64,000 bases of DNA, taken from the NCBI GenBank assembly GCA_963742045.1, contig CAVUKE010000001.1, forward strand, positions 55,873-119,872. Reading direction: 5' to 3'. How positions within the stretch are numbered: position 1 is the stretch's first letter; each line of letters begins with the position of its first letter. Below the pieces are notes generated by a model. The model saw nothing but the letters and a program-made list of their open reading frames with translations, was not told where the DNA came from and made no database searches. This stretch comes from an uncultured Pseudomonadota bacterium (GTDB taxonomy: Bacteria; Pseudomonadota; Gammaproteobacteria; Steroidobacterales; Steroidobacteraceae). Made by a program: the position numbers and the translations under genes. Of this stretch, positions 18,202-26,868 are shown piece after piece.

Positions 18202-19803
18202 TCATTTTCGTGCACCCTCGCTCCCCAGCCGCAGCGCCCGTTCACTGCCGTAGCGCTCAAGTACGGACGGATCCTGAGAGGGCTCGGCGAGGGCGACGTA
18301 AGTGTCGGGCCGCAGCAGATAAAGCGCATCGTGCGTAAGGCCTGCGGCGGCGTGCTCGGGCGCAAAAGCAAACACGTGCAGCGGCACGCCGTGCTCCTGG
18401 CACCAGCGCGTGAGCGTCTCGCGAGCGGTGCCGTACACGTGCACCTGCCAGGAGATCGCCGCGAGCGCCGCGTAATTATCGCTCGCCCCCGCGAGCACCC
18501 ACGGCAGTCGATCACCGCCGTGCACGCGCCCTACAGCGCCCGAACTCAAGGGACTGTCGCGATAGTTCACCGTGATCTGCGAGACGGTGCGGAAGAGAAA
18601 CTCACGCACCGGCTCAAACGCGATGGCCCGCGGCAGGAGCAGCGGCGCGACCCGCGTACGCAGGAGGTCAGGGATCGCACCCTCGGCGGTGGCGAAGCTG
18701 AAGACGCGGTCGGTGGTCGCGACCAGGCGGCGTGCGAAGGGAATGCGCTCGGCCTCATAGGTCGGCAGCAGGCTCATCGGCGCGCGCCCCTTGAGCACGG
18801 CGGCCAGCTTCCAGGCCAGATTCGCCGCATCGCCGATGCCGGTGTTCATGCCCTGACCGCCGGCGGGACTGTGAATGTGGGCCGCATCCCCCAGCAGAAA
18901 CGCCCGCCCCTTGCCGAAGTGCGCCGTGACACGGTGGTGCACGCGGTAGGTGGAGAACCAGTTCACGCGCCCGACACGCACCTTGAGGTTCTCCATGGCG
19001 CGCGCGCTCACGTCCTCAAAATGCAGCTCCTCGGGATGCTCGGCGCGCTCGTCGCGCACCGTGCCGATGAGCCGCGCGCGCCCGGCGCCCGCCAAGGGAA
19101 AGACCGCGAGGAAGTCGGCCTCATCCAGATCGATGTGCAGCTCCCCATCGAGCGCAGGACCGCCGCCCTCGATATCGGCGACATAAAACACCTGCCGGTA
19201 GGTGCCTCCGGGAAAGCCGGTGCCGAGTCGCTCGCGCACCAGCGAGCGGGCCCCGTCACAGCCGGCCATGTAGGCTGCCTCGAGCGTCTCTTCCTGCCCG
19301 TCGGGCCTGAGCAGTTGCGCCCGGATGGCCTCACCCTGGTCCGAGAAGTCCTTGAGCTCGGTGCGCCGCTCGACCATCACGCCGAGCGCCGTCAGGTGCT
19401 CCACCAACAGCCGCTCGTGCTCATCCTGGGGAAAGATCTGCAGGAACGGATAGCGCGTCAGACCCGCACCGATCGTCTCGAACGGCATCCGCGCCGCATG
19501 TGCCCCGCGCACCCACAGATTGATCGCCGGCACCTTGTGCCCGCGCTCGAGCAGGGTCTGCGTAAGACCGAGCTGCTGGTACAGCTCCAGGGTACGCGCC
19601 TGCACCGCCAGAGCGCGCGAGCTCGTCCCGGGCGCCGCCGTGCGATCGATGATGCGTACGGGTACGCCCTGGTGGGTGAGCCAGGCGGCGAGCGTGAGTC
19701 CGGTGGGCCCGGCGCCGACGATCAGTACCGGGCAGGCCGACACGCCGCCTCCCGAAGATGTGCGAACGCTGCTCCGTCGCGCGTTGCCGCCCGATGCGCG
19801 CAC
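18202..19803 (-). CDS. FAD-dependent aromatic-ring monooxygenase (PheA/TfdB class)
   Basis: VLIVGAGPTGLTLAAWL dinucleotide fold, the DG motif and LLGDAAHIHSPAGGQGMNTGIGDAANLAWKL. It abuts the FAH gene with no gap. Confidence 0.85.
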   Translation of the reverse strand: MRASGGNARRSSVRTSSGGGVSACPVLIVGAGPTGLTLAAWLTHQGVPVRIIDRTAAPGTSSRALAVQARTLELYQQLGLTQTLLERGHKVPAINLWVRGAHAARMPFETIGAGLTRYPFLQIFPQDEHERLLVEHLTALGVMVERRTELKDFSDQGEAIRAQLLRPDGQEETLEAAYMAGCDGARSLVRERLGTGFPGGTYRQVFYVADIEGGGPALDGELHIDLDEADFLAVFPLAGAGRARLIGTVRDERAEHPEELHFEDVSARAMENLKVRVGRVNWFSTYRVHHRVTAHFGKGRAFLLGDAAHIHSPAGGQGMNTGIGDAANLAWKLAAVLKGRAPMSLLPTYEAERIPFARRLVATTDRVFSFATAEGAIPDLLRTRVAPLLLPRAIAFEPVREFLFRTVSQITVNYRDSPLSSGAVGRVHGGDRLPWVLAGASDNYAALAAISWQVHVYGTARETLTRWCQEHGVPLHVFAFAPEHAAAGLTHDALYLLRPDTYVALAEPSQDPSVLERYGSERALRLGSEGARK

Positions 19804-20703
19804 TCAGCGGCGCGCGTCATCCCGCCACGCCTCGACGAGGTGCGTCTGGATGCCCAGGCGGCTGCTGCCCAGGCGTACGCGGTCACCGGCCTTGAGGTAC
19901 TGCGGCGGTTTCATCCCCATGCCGACCCCGGCCGGGGTGCCGGTCGCGATGAGATCGCCGGGCTCGAGGGTCATGTAAGTGCTGACGCAGGCGATGAGTT
20001 CAGCCACCGGAAAGATCATGTGGGCGGTGTTACCGTCTTGATGGCGCACGCCATTCACCTCCAGCCACAGATCAAGCTGCTGCGGGTCACCGATCTCATC
20101 GGCGCTCACCAGCCACGGGCCCACCGGTCCGAAGGTGTCACAGCCCTTGCCCTTGTCCCAGGTGCCGCCACGCTCCATCTGGTATTCGCGTTCGGAGGCA
20201 TCGTCGATCAGGCAGTAGCCGGCGACGCAGCCGAGCGCCTCGTGCGTTTCGAGGTAGCGGGCGGTGCGGCCGATCACCACGCCCAGTTCGACCTCCCAGT
20301 CACACTTGCGTGAGCCGCGCGGCAGCACCAGGGCATCATCGGGGCCACTCAGGCAGCTGATCGCCTTCATGAAAATGACCGGCTCGCGCGGCGGCGGGAG
20401 GCCGGACTCGAGCGCATGATCGGTGTAGTTGAGTCCGATGGCGACAAATTTTCGGACCCCGCTGAGCGGCACACCGAGGCGCGTGCCAGCCGGCACCGCC
20501 GGCAGGCGCGAGAAGTCCCGGCTCGCGAGGCGCGCGAGCTTCGCCGGCTCAAGCTCAGCGGGCGTCCAATCGGGAATGAGCGCCGCAAAATCGCGTATGA
20601 CCCCGCCGGCATCGAGCACCCCCGGGCGCTCCTGGTCACGCTCACCGTAGCGCACGATCCTCAAGGCGGCCTCTCCTCGGACGGTCCGATGCGCCAGCCG
20701 CAT
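19804..20703 (-). CDS. Fumarylacetoacetate hydrolase (FAH) family protein
   Basis: ...VAIGLNYTDHALESG...PVIFMKA...DWEVELGVVIG...DASEREYQ...KGKGCDTFGPVGPWLV...GDLIATGTPAGVG. Start taken at ATG 20703. The ORF-track N-terminal extension is not FAH-like. Confidence 0.85.
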   Translation of the reverse strand: MRLAHRTVRGEAALRIVRYGERDQERPGVLDAGGVIRDFAALIPDWTPAELEPAKLARLASRDFSRLPAVPAGTRLGVPLSGVRKFVAIGLNYTDHALESGLPPPREPVIFMKAISCLSGPDDALVLPRGSRKCDWEVELGVVIGRTARYLETHEALGCVAGYCLIDDASEREYQMERGGTWDKGKGCDTFGPVGPWLVSADEIGDPQQLDLWLEVNGVRHQDGNTAHMIFPVAELIACVSTYMTLEPGDLIATGTPAGVGMGMKPPQYLKAGDRVRLGSSRLGIQTHLVEAWRDDARR

Positions 20704-20902
20704 CGCCTGCGGCGGGCGCGCCGGCAATATCGCATATGGCGCGCCGCGCGGACACCCGCAGCGAAACCGTGGCCCCGCGGCTCCTCCTACGTCGCAGTGC
20801 GGTCCGCACCTACTTTCGCGGCGCGTACTTAGGCAGAACATGCGCCGGAGTGTTCAAGGACGCTCCCCCACTTCAGGTTACTCAAGCTAAGGAGAGACAG
20901 GC

Positions 20903-21262
20903 ATGACTACCGCCAGCGGACACACCTCGGCCATTCGCGCCAAAAAGGTACTCGGCACTGCGGTCAAGGATCCTTCGGGAAGAAAAATCGGCGTGATCGA
21001 GGATGTGGTTCTGGACAAGCAGTCCAACAACATCATGTTCGCCGTGGTCGGCTTCGGTGGCTTCCTTGGCGTCAAGGAGAAGTTCCATCCGATTCCCTGG
21101 GAGGCGCTCGACTACGACGAGACCCAGGATGGGTATCTTGTGGACTACACGCGCGAGCAGCTCGAGGCCGCCCCCGCCGGCTCCATCGAGGAACTCACCC
21201 GTGACGACGGCGCGTTCCGCGAGCGCACGTACGAGTACTACAAGGCCCCGCGCAACTGGTAG
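20903..21262 (+). CDS. PRC-barrel domain protein
   Basis: 119 aa. KKVLGTAVKDPSGRKIGVIEDVVLDKQSNNIMFAVVGFGGFLGVKEKFHPIPWEAL is a typical PRC barrel. AAGGAGAGA lies upstream. Confidence 0.8.
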   Translation: MTTASGHTSAIRAKKVLGTAVKDPSGRKIGVIEDVVLDKQSNNIMFAVVGFGGFLGVKEKFHPIPWEALDYDETQDGYLVDYTREQLEAAPAGSIEELTRDDGAFRERTYEYYKAPRNW

Positions 21263-21271
21263 CACACCTTT

Positions 21272-21311
21272 GATCGGCTCGGGCCGGATTCACCCCGCGC
21301 CCGGGCCGATC
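21272..21311. terminator. Imperfect hairpin between convergent genes
   Basis: GATCGGCtCGGGC (21272-21284) pairs with GCCCGgGCCGATC (21299-21311). There is no clear U-tract. Confidence 0.3.
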
Positions 21312-21670
21312 AGCTGCACCTGCCGCTGCGGCAGCGGGATCACGACGCCGTATCTGCGGAAGGCATCGATGACCGCAGCGTAGATCTCCCCGGTGGCGCT
21401 GGCCTGATCATCGATCAGCACCCAGGGACGCACGGCGATATTGACGGACGAGTCGGCCAGCCGGATCGGCTGCACGACGGCGGCCGGCTCCTTCAGCACG
21501 CGCGGATTCGCCGCCAGGAGTTCCTGGATCATCTGCAGCGCGAGCCGCAGATCGGTGTCGTAGGCTACGCCCACCGCCACATCCAGCTGCCGGATACGGC
21601 CGTAGTTGTGGAGAATCTCACCGACGATCTTGCGATTCGGCACCACCACGTGCGAGCGATCGACCCGACG
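21290..21670 (-). pseudogene. MscS-family mechanosensitive channel, C-terminal cytoplasmic part only
   Basis: (RRVDRSH)VVVPNRKIVGEILHNYGRIRQLDVAVGVAYDTDLRLALQMIQELL...VNIAVRPWV...IYAAVIDAFRRYGVVIPLPQRQV matches the beta and alpha-beta domains of MscS. An in-frame TAG at 21671-21673 removes everything upstream, so no TM helices are present. Confidence 0.7.
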
Positions 21671-21784
21671 CTATTGTGGTGATCGGCCGCCGCACGCGCG
21701 GCCCGGCAGCTGCAGTACTTGCCCGTGCGCGGGCTGCGGTATCATGCCAGCGGCCCTGCGCGGCCTGGTTTTCATGGACTGAAG

Positions 21785-22204
21785 ATGCCCTATCAACTGA
21801 CGGTCAAAGCGGAAGGCACCTTCCTGCATGTCATCGTCACCGGGACCAACGATGCCGACACGGTCGCCCGGTATCTGAATGACGTGCGGCGCGAATGCAT
21901 TGCGCGCCAATGCTTCCGGGTGCTGATCGAGGAGCACCTCGAGGGACCGCGCCTGAGCACCTTCCCGGTGTACAAGGTGGCCTCGGAAGGCAGCGAACGG
22001 GCGCGCGGCCTGCTGCACGCGGTTGCCTACGTCGATGCCAACGCCGAAGGGCACCTGATGGAGTTTGCCGAGACGGTGGCGGTCAACCGCGGCCTGCCGA
22101 TCGCGGTGTTTGCCACCGTGAGCGAGGCGCGCGAGTGGCTGCTGCGCAGTGCCCAGGCGGCGCCGGCGGAGCCGCGCGCGACTCAGGACCCGGCGGATAA
22201 GTAA
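21785..22204 (+). CDS. Hypothetical protein, possibly STAS/SpoIIAA-like fold
   Basis: 139 aa from ATG 21785 (MPYQLTVKAEGTFLHVIVTGT...VAYVDANAE...IAVFATVSEAREWL). The pattern resembles small STAS-like DUFs. This is a weak call. Confidence 0.4.
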   Translation: MPYQLTVKAEGTFLHVIVTGTNDADTVARYLNDVRRECIARQCFRVLIEEHLEGPRLSTFPVYKVASEGSERARGLLHAVAYVDANAEGHLMEFAETVAVNRGLPIAVFATVSEAREWLLRSAQAAPAEPRATQDPADK

Positions 22205-22761
22205 CGCGGATCGTGCGGCGGGCGCGCAAAGATGCGCCGCACCAGCGGTTCAAAGGTGGCGAGGGCTTCGCTCGGGTAATCCGGGTCGAACGAGCACTGG
22301 TCCCAGGCCGCACAAAAATGCACGCACGCCTCATACCAGGGGTGAGCGCGCAGCCGCTCGCGCGCGTTGCGGTCCCCGCCGAAGTGATGCACGTAGTAGT
22401 AGTTCTGGAACAGGCCGTGCTGCGCGATGATCCAGGTCACCTCCGGGCGCACGTACGGACGCACGATGGCAGCGGCAAGCTCGGCGTGATTGTAGGGGGC
22501 GAGCTCATCGCCGATGTCGTGGATGAGGGCGGCGAGCACCAGCTCCTCGTCAGCCTGGTCGCGCAGCGCACGGGTCGCCGCCTGCAGCGAGTGGCCGAGG
22601 CGGCTGACCGGATAGCCCTCGAGCGAGTGATCCAGTTTACGCAGCGCCTCGAGGATGCGCTCCGCCAGCCCGGCCGCGTAGGCCTTCTCCGCCACATCCA
22701 GAAGTTCGTAGTCCTCCTTGGTGCCGTCCTTCATCTGCCGGAAGCTCACCACGCGACTCAT
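22183..22761 (-). CDS. HD-domain protein, PhnZ/TmpB-like candidate diiron oxygenase
   Basis: 192 aa. Ordered H...HD...H...H...D residues (LGHSLQ, LIHDIGD, YNHAEL, AQHGLF, AAWDQCSFD). Its start overlaps the stop of the upstream dioxygenase gene by 4 nt (ATGA). Confidence 0.7.
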   Translation of the reverse strand: MSRVVSFRQMKDGTKEDYELLDVAEKAYAAGLAERILEALRKLDHSLEGYPVSRLGHSLQAATRALRDQADEELVLAALIHDIGDELAPYNHAELAAAIVRPYVRPEVTWIIAQHGLFQNYYYVHHFGGDRNARERLRAHPWYEACVHFCAAWDQCSFDPDYPSEALATFEPLVRRIFARPPHDPRYLSAGS

Positions 22762-23894
22762 GCGCTGCGCCTCACCGCGGGGCCCTGCGCCGCCCGCCGG
22801 CGGCGCAGCACGCGGTACAGGCTGCGCGGACCGTCGATGTCGATATAACAGCCCTGCAGGTGCCGCAGACCTTCGGCCGGATCAAAGCCGGTGCGCCCGT
22901 GCAGCAGGCGGCAGTTATCGAACATCACCAGATCGCCGGACTTGAGCAGGAAGCGGATCTCAAAGTCCGCCGCCCGCAGGCGCTGATCGAACTTACGGCG
23001 CGCGCGAAAGTAGGCCTCGAGCTGCTCGGGCGCAAAGAGCGGCACGAAGTCAAGCCGCGGACTGAAGTGGATTGCTTTGAGCGCCCCGGTCACATCCAGC
23101 TCAATGGGCGGCGCGCTCGCGGTAAGCTCGGTGCTCGCATCCAGGTACTTGAAGCGCACCGGCGTGCTGCTGAGCACGCCGAAGGCTGCGCTATCGTGCG
23201 CGCGCAGTGCCTGGGCGACCGCGAAACCATCGACCAGGGTAGAGAGCCCGCCGGTGGTCTCGTTCACCAGGCAGTGCAGCAGCTGAATGCCCGGAACCGG
23301 GGCGCGGTACGGGTTGTCGGTATGCGGATCGAGTGAGACCGAGGTGTAAGCCAGGTCGGTGGCATCGGGGGTCGAACGCACGTCAAAGAGCGCCCCGAAA
23401 TTGGTCTCGCGGATGAACCCGAACATCGAGCCGACCTTGAGCACGCTACCCGGCTCACTCGGCACGCCCTCGAAGATGACGAAACCGAGCCTGAGAAACG
23501 CCTCGAGCCACGACAGCCGCTCCGCCTCGCTCGCCTCGGGGCGCCAGCGCGCACGTGGCAACTCCTGGAGCGAGCCGTCCCACAACTGCGGCGCGGGGCA
23601 ATCGTGGCTGTTGGGCGCGAGCGCCGCCTCCTCGAGAATGTCCTCGGCGCTGAAGCTCGCCTCATGACCGTCGCTGAACTTCACCCGGAACGTGCCCACG
23701 GAGGGCTGCGAGAGCGCGACGATCTTCAGCTCCGGATCGAAATCGGAAGGATCCTGCAGGCGCTGCTGGGTCTTCAGATCCATGCTGACCGCATCCTTGC
23801 AGCGCTCGCGCAGCCACAGCGGGTGGATCGGGTGCGCACCGCCCCCGGCGCGCTCCAACAGCAGCTGTGTGGGGCCAGCGAGCTTCAGCCACAT
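22758..23894 (-). CDS. Gamma-butyrobetaine-hydroxylase-like Fe(II)/2-oxoglutarate dioxygenase (TmpA-like)
   Basis: N-terminal DUF971-like region (HPIHPLWLRERC...FRVKFSDGHEASF) plus a TauD/BBOX core (DPHTDNPYRAPVPGIQLLHCL ... MFDNCRLLHGRTGF). The start is 23894 or 23912. Confidence 0.8.
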   Translation of the reverse strand: MWLKLAGPTQLLLERAGGGAHPIHPLWLRERCKDAVSMDLKTQQRLQDPSDFDPELKIVALSQPSVGTFRVKFSDGHEASFSAEDILEEAALAPNSHDCPAPQLWDGSLQELPRARWRPEASEAERLSWLEAFLRLGFVIFEGVPSEPGSVLKVGSMFGFIRETNFGALFDVRSTPDATDLAYTSVSLDPHTDNPYRAPVPGIQLLHCLVNETTGGLSTLVDGFAVAQALRAHDSAAFGVLSSTPVRFKYLDASTELTASAPPIELDVTGALKAIHFSPRLDFVPLFAPEQLEAYFRARRKFDQRLRAADFEIRFLLKSGDLVMFDNCRLLHGRTGFDPAEGLRHLQGCYIDIDGPRSLYRVLRRRRAAQGPAVRRSA

Positions 23895-24076
23895 GCGCGC
23901 AGCGGTTTGCATGCGGAAAGTCTAGCGTTGGCTTGCCGGAAGTGTCCACCAACGGGGCGCACGGTCTGCCGCTTGCGGGGGCGAGCGCGTTCGTGCGGCG
24001 CGCGCGGGGAAAAACCGCACGCGCCTGAGCCGACAGGTAGGATGGGCGAAGTGAGCGCCAAGGGGATAGCACGATT

Positions 24077-25177
24077 ATGACCGTGAACCGCCGCGATCTT
24101 CTGAGCGCCTCGGCGCTGCTCCTGGCAGGCCCGGCCTTCGCCCTGCGTGCCGCGAGCGCCCAGGCGGCACCTGCGGCCCGCCCGGTGGTGCTGTGCTGGA
24201 ATGAAAATCCCTACGGGCCCTCCCCGGCGGCGCGCCTGGCGGTATCGCGTGCGATCCCGGATGGCTGCCGTTACCCCTCGGAGGCGGAGATGCAGGATCT
24301 GACCGCCGCACTGGCGCGCCACGAAGGCACGGATCCTGAGCACATCGTGACCGGCAGCGGCTCGGGTGAGCTCTTGTGCGCGCTCGCCCTCGTGTGCGGG
24401 CGCGAGGGCGGGGAGTTCATCGCCGCGGAGCCGACGTACCTGGAATTGCCCGAGTACGCGCTCGGCCTGGGGGCGACGACCCGGTTCGTGCCCGTGGATG
24501 CGCGGCTGTGCCACGACTTGCCCGCGATGCGCGCCGCGGTATCCGCCCGCACGCGCGCGATCTACCTGTGCAATCCAAACAATCCGACCGGTACAGCCCT
24601 CGGCGCCACCGAGATCCGCGCCTTCATCGAGACTCTGCCACCGCACGTGGTCACGATCGTGGATGAGGCGTACATGGATTTCGCCACCGGCGCGGACGTG
24701 CGCTCGGTCGCGGACCTGGTCAACGGGGAGCGGCGCGTGGTGGTGCTGCGCACCTTCTCCAAGCTGCACGGCATGGCGGGGGCGCGCATGGGCTATGCGA
24801 TCACGGGCCCGGAAATCGCCGTCCCGCTACGGCGGGCGCGCATGACGACCCCGAACCTGTTCGCGGTGCGCGCCGCGCGCGCCAGTCTCGAGGACCGCAG
24901 ATTCCTGCAAGCGACGCGCACGCGCATCCTTGCCAGTCGCACCCGCATCACCGGGGTACTCAGGCAGCTGAAACTGCGCTACGCCGAGCCGCAGGGCAAC
25001 TTCATCTTTTTCGACAGCGGCATGCCGCTCGCGACCTTCACGCAGCGCATGCGGGCACGCAACATTCTGGTGGGACGCCTGTTCCCGCCCTTCGACACCT
25101 GGTGCCGCATCACCATCGGCACCGAGCCGGAGGTCGAGTCATTCCTGGGCGCGCTGCGCGCGAATCTACCCGGCTGA
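24077..25177 (+). CDS. Class-II PLP aminotransferase (HisC-like) with a twin-arginine signal peptide
   Basis: MTVNRRDLLSASALLLAGPAFALRAASA-Q (RRxLL plus AxA), then a HisC-like core (NENPYGPSP, YLCNPNNPTG, TFSKLHGMAGARMGY with the PLP lysine). Confidence 0.85.
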   Translation: MTVNRRDLLSASALLLAGPAFALRAASAQAAPAARPVVLCWNENPYGPSPAARLAVSRAIPDGCRYPSEAEMQDLTAALARHEGTDPEHIVTGSGSGELLCALALVCGREGGEFIAAEPTYLELPEYALGLGATTRFVPVDARLCHDLPAMRAAVSARTRAIYLCNPNNPTGTALGATEIRAFIETLPPHVVTIVDEAYMDFATGADVRSVADLVNGERRVVVLRTFSKLHGMAGARMGYAITGPEIAVPLRRARMTTPNLFAVRAARASLEDRRFLQATRTRILASRTRITGVLRQLKLRYAEPQGNFIFFDSGMPLATFTQRMRARNILVGRLFPPFDTWCRITIGTEPEVESFLGALRANLPG

Positions 25178-25939
25178 GGCCGGCAGTGTCTCGAAGATGA
25201 GGCTCATGCAGGTCAACGCCGCTTCCGCCTTGTGCAGCTCGCTCACCTCGAGTGCGCGCGTGGCGATGCCGGCGGCACGCAAGCGCGCCTGCGTGGCGGG
25301 GTAATCAGCGCTCACGAGCGTCACACCGCCGACGGTGAGCGTGTTGGCGCCGAAGGGCTCCGCGACCTGCACGATGTGACCCACCTCAAAGAGCGCCGCA
25401 TCCACCCACTCAGGATTCACCAGCAGCGTGTCGGGTGGGATGAAGGTGACTGCGCTCTTTAAGTGCAGGCAGCCTCTCAGGGGGACCCCCTGTACGGTGT
25501 AGTCGAAGGGCGCGAGCGCGGCGGCAAGCTGTGCGAGGCCGGCCGCATTGGTGCGCCCCGAGATACCCACGTACAGCCGCCGCCCGATGCGCAGCACGTC
25601 CCCGCCCTCGAGCGTGCCCGGATCGCGCACGGGCACAAGAGGGGTGTGCCCGGCGAGCGTCGCGGCCACCGAGTCCACTTCGGCACGGCGCGAGGTGGCT
25701 CCCGGGCGCGTGATCACCGTGAGCTCGGGCAGCACGACCGCGGTGTCCTCGACGAACACGCCATCGGCGTGCCCGGGCAGCGGCGGCAGCCAGCGCAGCT
25801 CGCATCCGTGCGCGGAAAGCTCACTCACATACCCCTGGTGCTGTCGGCGCGCGCGCTGCGCGTCGATGGGCGCGCGCCCGATGTAGGAGAGCTCACACCG
25901 CTCCAGCAGAGGACTCAGTTCACGTACAAAGGCGAGCAT
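25166..25939 (-). CDS. Dimethylarginine dimethylaminohydrolase / amidinotransferase-superfamily protein
   Basis: ...GCLHLKSAVTF... and the C-terminal ...AEAALTCMSLIF (catalytic Cys context) match the DDAH pattern. Start taken at ATG 25939. Confidence 0.75.
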   Translation of the reverse strand: MLAFVRELSPLLERCELSYIGRAPIDAQRARRQHQGYVSELSAHGCELRWLPPLPGHADGVFVEDTAVVLPELTVITRPGATSRRAEVDSVAATLAGHTPLVPVRDPGTLEGGDVLRIGRRLYVGISGRTNAAGLAQLAAALAPFDYTVQGVPLRGCLHLKSAVTFIPPDTLLVNPEWVDAALFEVGHIVQVAEPFGANTLTVGGVTLVSADYPATQARLRAAGIATRALEVSELHKAEAALTCMSLIFETLPASAG

Positions 25940-26037
25940 GGCGCCGCGCAGTATAGAGCTGCCCGCGCGCACCTGCCGCGTGCTCGACAGCTTTGGCCGC
26001 CGCCTCTATCGTAGGGCACGTGCTCCCTGTACCCCAC

Positions 26038-26868
26038 ATGGCCGGCACCGAGGTGGCGTTGTCCATCGCTCTTGGCGTCGGACTTGCCGCGGCGGTCGGA
26101 TTCCGGGTGTTCCTGCCGATGCTGGTCATGAGCATCGCCGCCTACAGCGGACACCTCACCCTCGGCAGCGGCTTTGCCTGGCTCGGCAGCGCGCCCGCGC
26201 TGCTGATGCTCGCCGTCGCAGCGCTGCTCGAGATCGTCGCCTACTACATCCCGGGCGTCGACAACCTGCTCGACGCCCTCGCCACCCCGGCGGCGCTCAT
26301 TGCCGGCACCGTCGTGTCGGCGGCGGTCATGGCGGATCTGCCGCCGCTCGTCAAATGGACCACGGCGGTGATCGCCGGGGGCGGCGCGGCGGGGCTGACG
26401 CAGGGCATCACCTCGCTGCTGCGCCTGAAGTCGACCACCCTCACCGGGGGCCTCGGTAACCATGTCATCGCCAGCGGCGAGCTCGGCGGCGCACTCGGCG
26501 TGTCGCTGCTGGCGCTCGCAGCGCCGGTGCTTGCCGTCGCACTCGTGGCCGTATTCTGCTGGTTCGCCATCCGCGTGTTGCGACGCCTGTTCCGCAACAG
26601 CCAGACCGCCCCCCGAGCCCCCTGCCGGATAAGTCTGCGCCCTGCCCCCGGACCTGCGCGCTGCGCGCCGCGTGGGTTTCAGGCGCCTCACAGCTTGGGC
26701 GTCGGTACGTCCCGCGCCGCCACCCGCAGGCACTCAAGAAAGGCACGCGCGGCGGGGGGCAGCTCCCCGGGGGCGCGCAGGATCGCACCGACGGGGCCCT
26801 CGATGGACTTCAGTTTCACCGGCAGGATGGCGAGCAGCCCGTGCTCGACGTCATCGAGCGCCACGTGA
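26038..26868 (+). CDS. DUF4126 membrane protein; the 3' ~235 nt of the ORF are probably an artefactual or frameshift extension
   Basis: GFRVFLPMLVMSIAAY...EIVAYYIPGVDNLLDALATPAALIAG...LPPLVKWTTAVIAGGGAAG... is the DUF4126 pattern. After ...RVLRRLFRNSQTA the tail is Pro/Arg-rich junk that overlaps the LysR gene by 181 nt. A TAA at 26630-26632 would be in frame if the C6 run at 26609-26614 were C5. Confidence 0.7.
   Translation: MAGTEVALSIALGVGLAAAVGFRVFLPMLVMSIAAYSGHLTLGSGFAWLGSAPALLMLAVAALLEIVAYYIPGVDNLLDALATPAALIAGTVVSAAVMADLPPLVKWTTAVIAGGGAAGLTQGITSLLRLKSTTLTGGLGNHVIASGELGGALGVSLLALAAPVLAVALVAVFCWFAIRVLRRLFRNSQTAPRAPCRISLRPAPGPARCAPRGFQAPHSLGVGTSRAATRRHSRKARAAGGSSPGARRIAPTGPSMDFSFTGRMASSPCSTSSSAT

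Noticed and set aside
15153-20313. Very long plus-strand ORFs (15153-16928, 591 aa; 17554-20313, 919 aa)
   Set aside because: They lie antisense to well-supported genes (S9 peptidase, DUF4287, monooxygenase, FAH). Their translations are Arg/Ala/Gly/Pro-rich with no recognisable domains. These are typical shadow ORFs of high-GC DNA.
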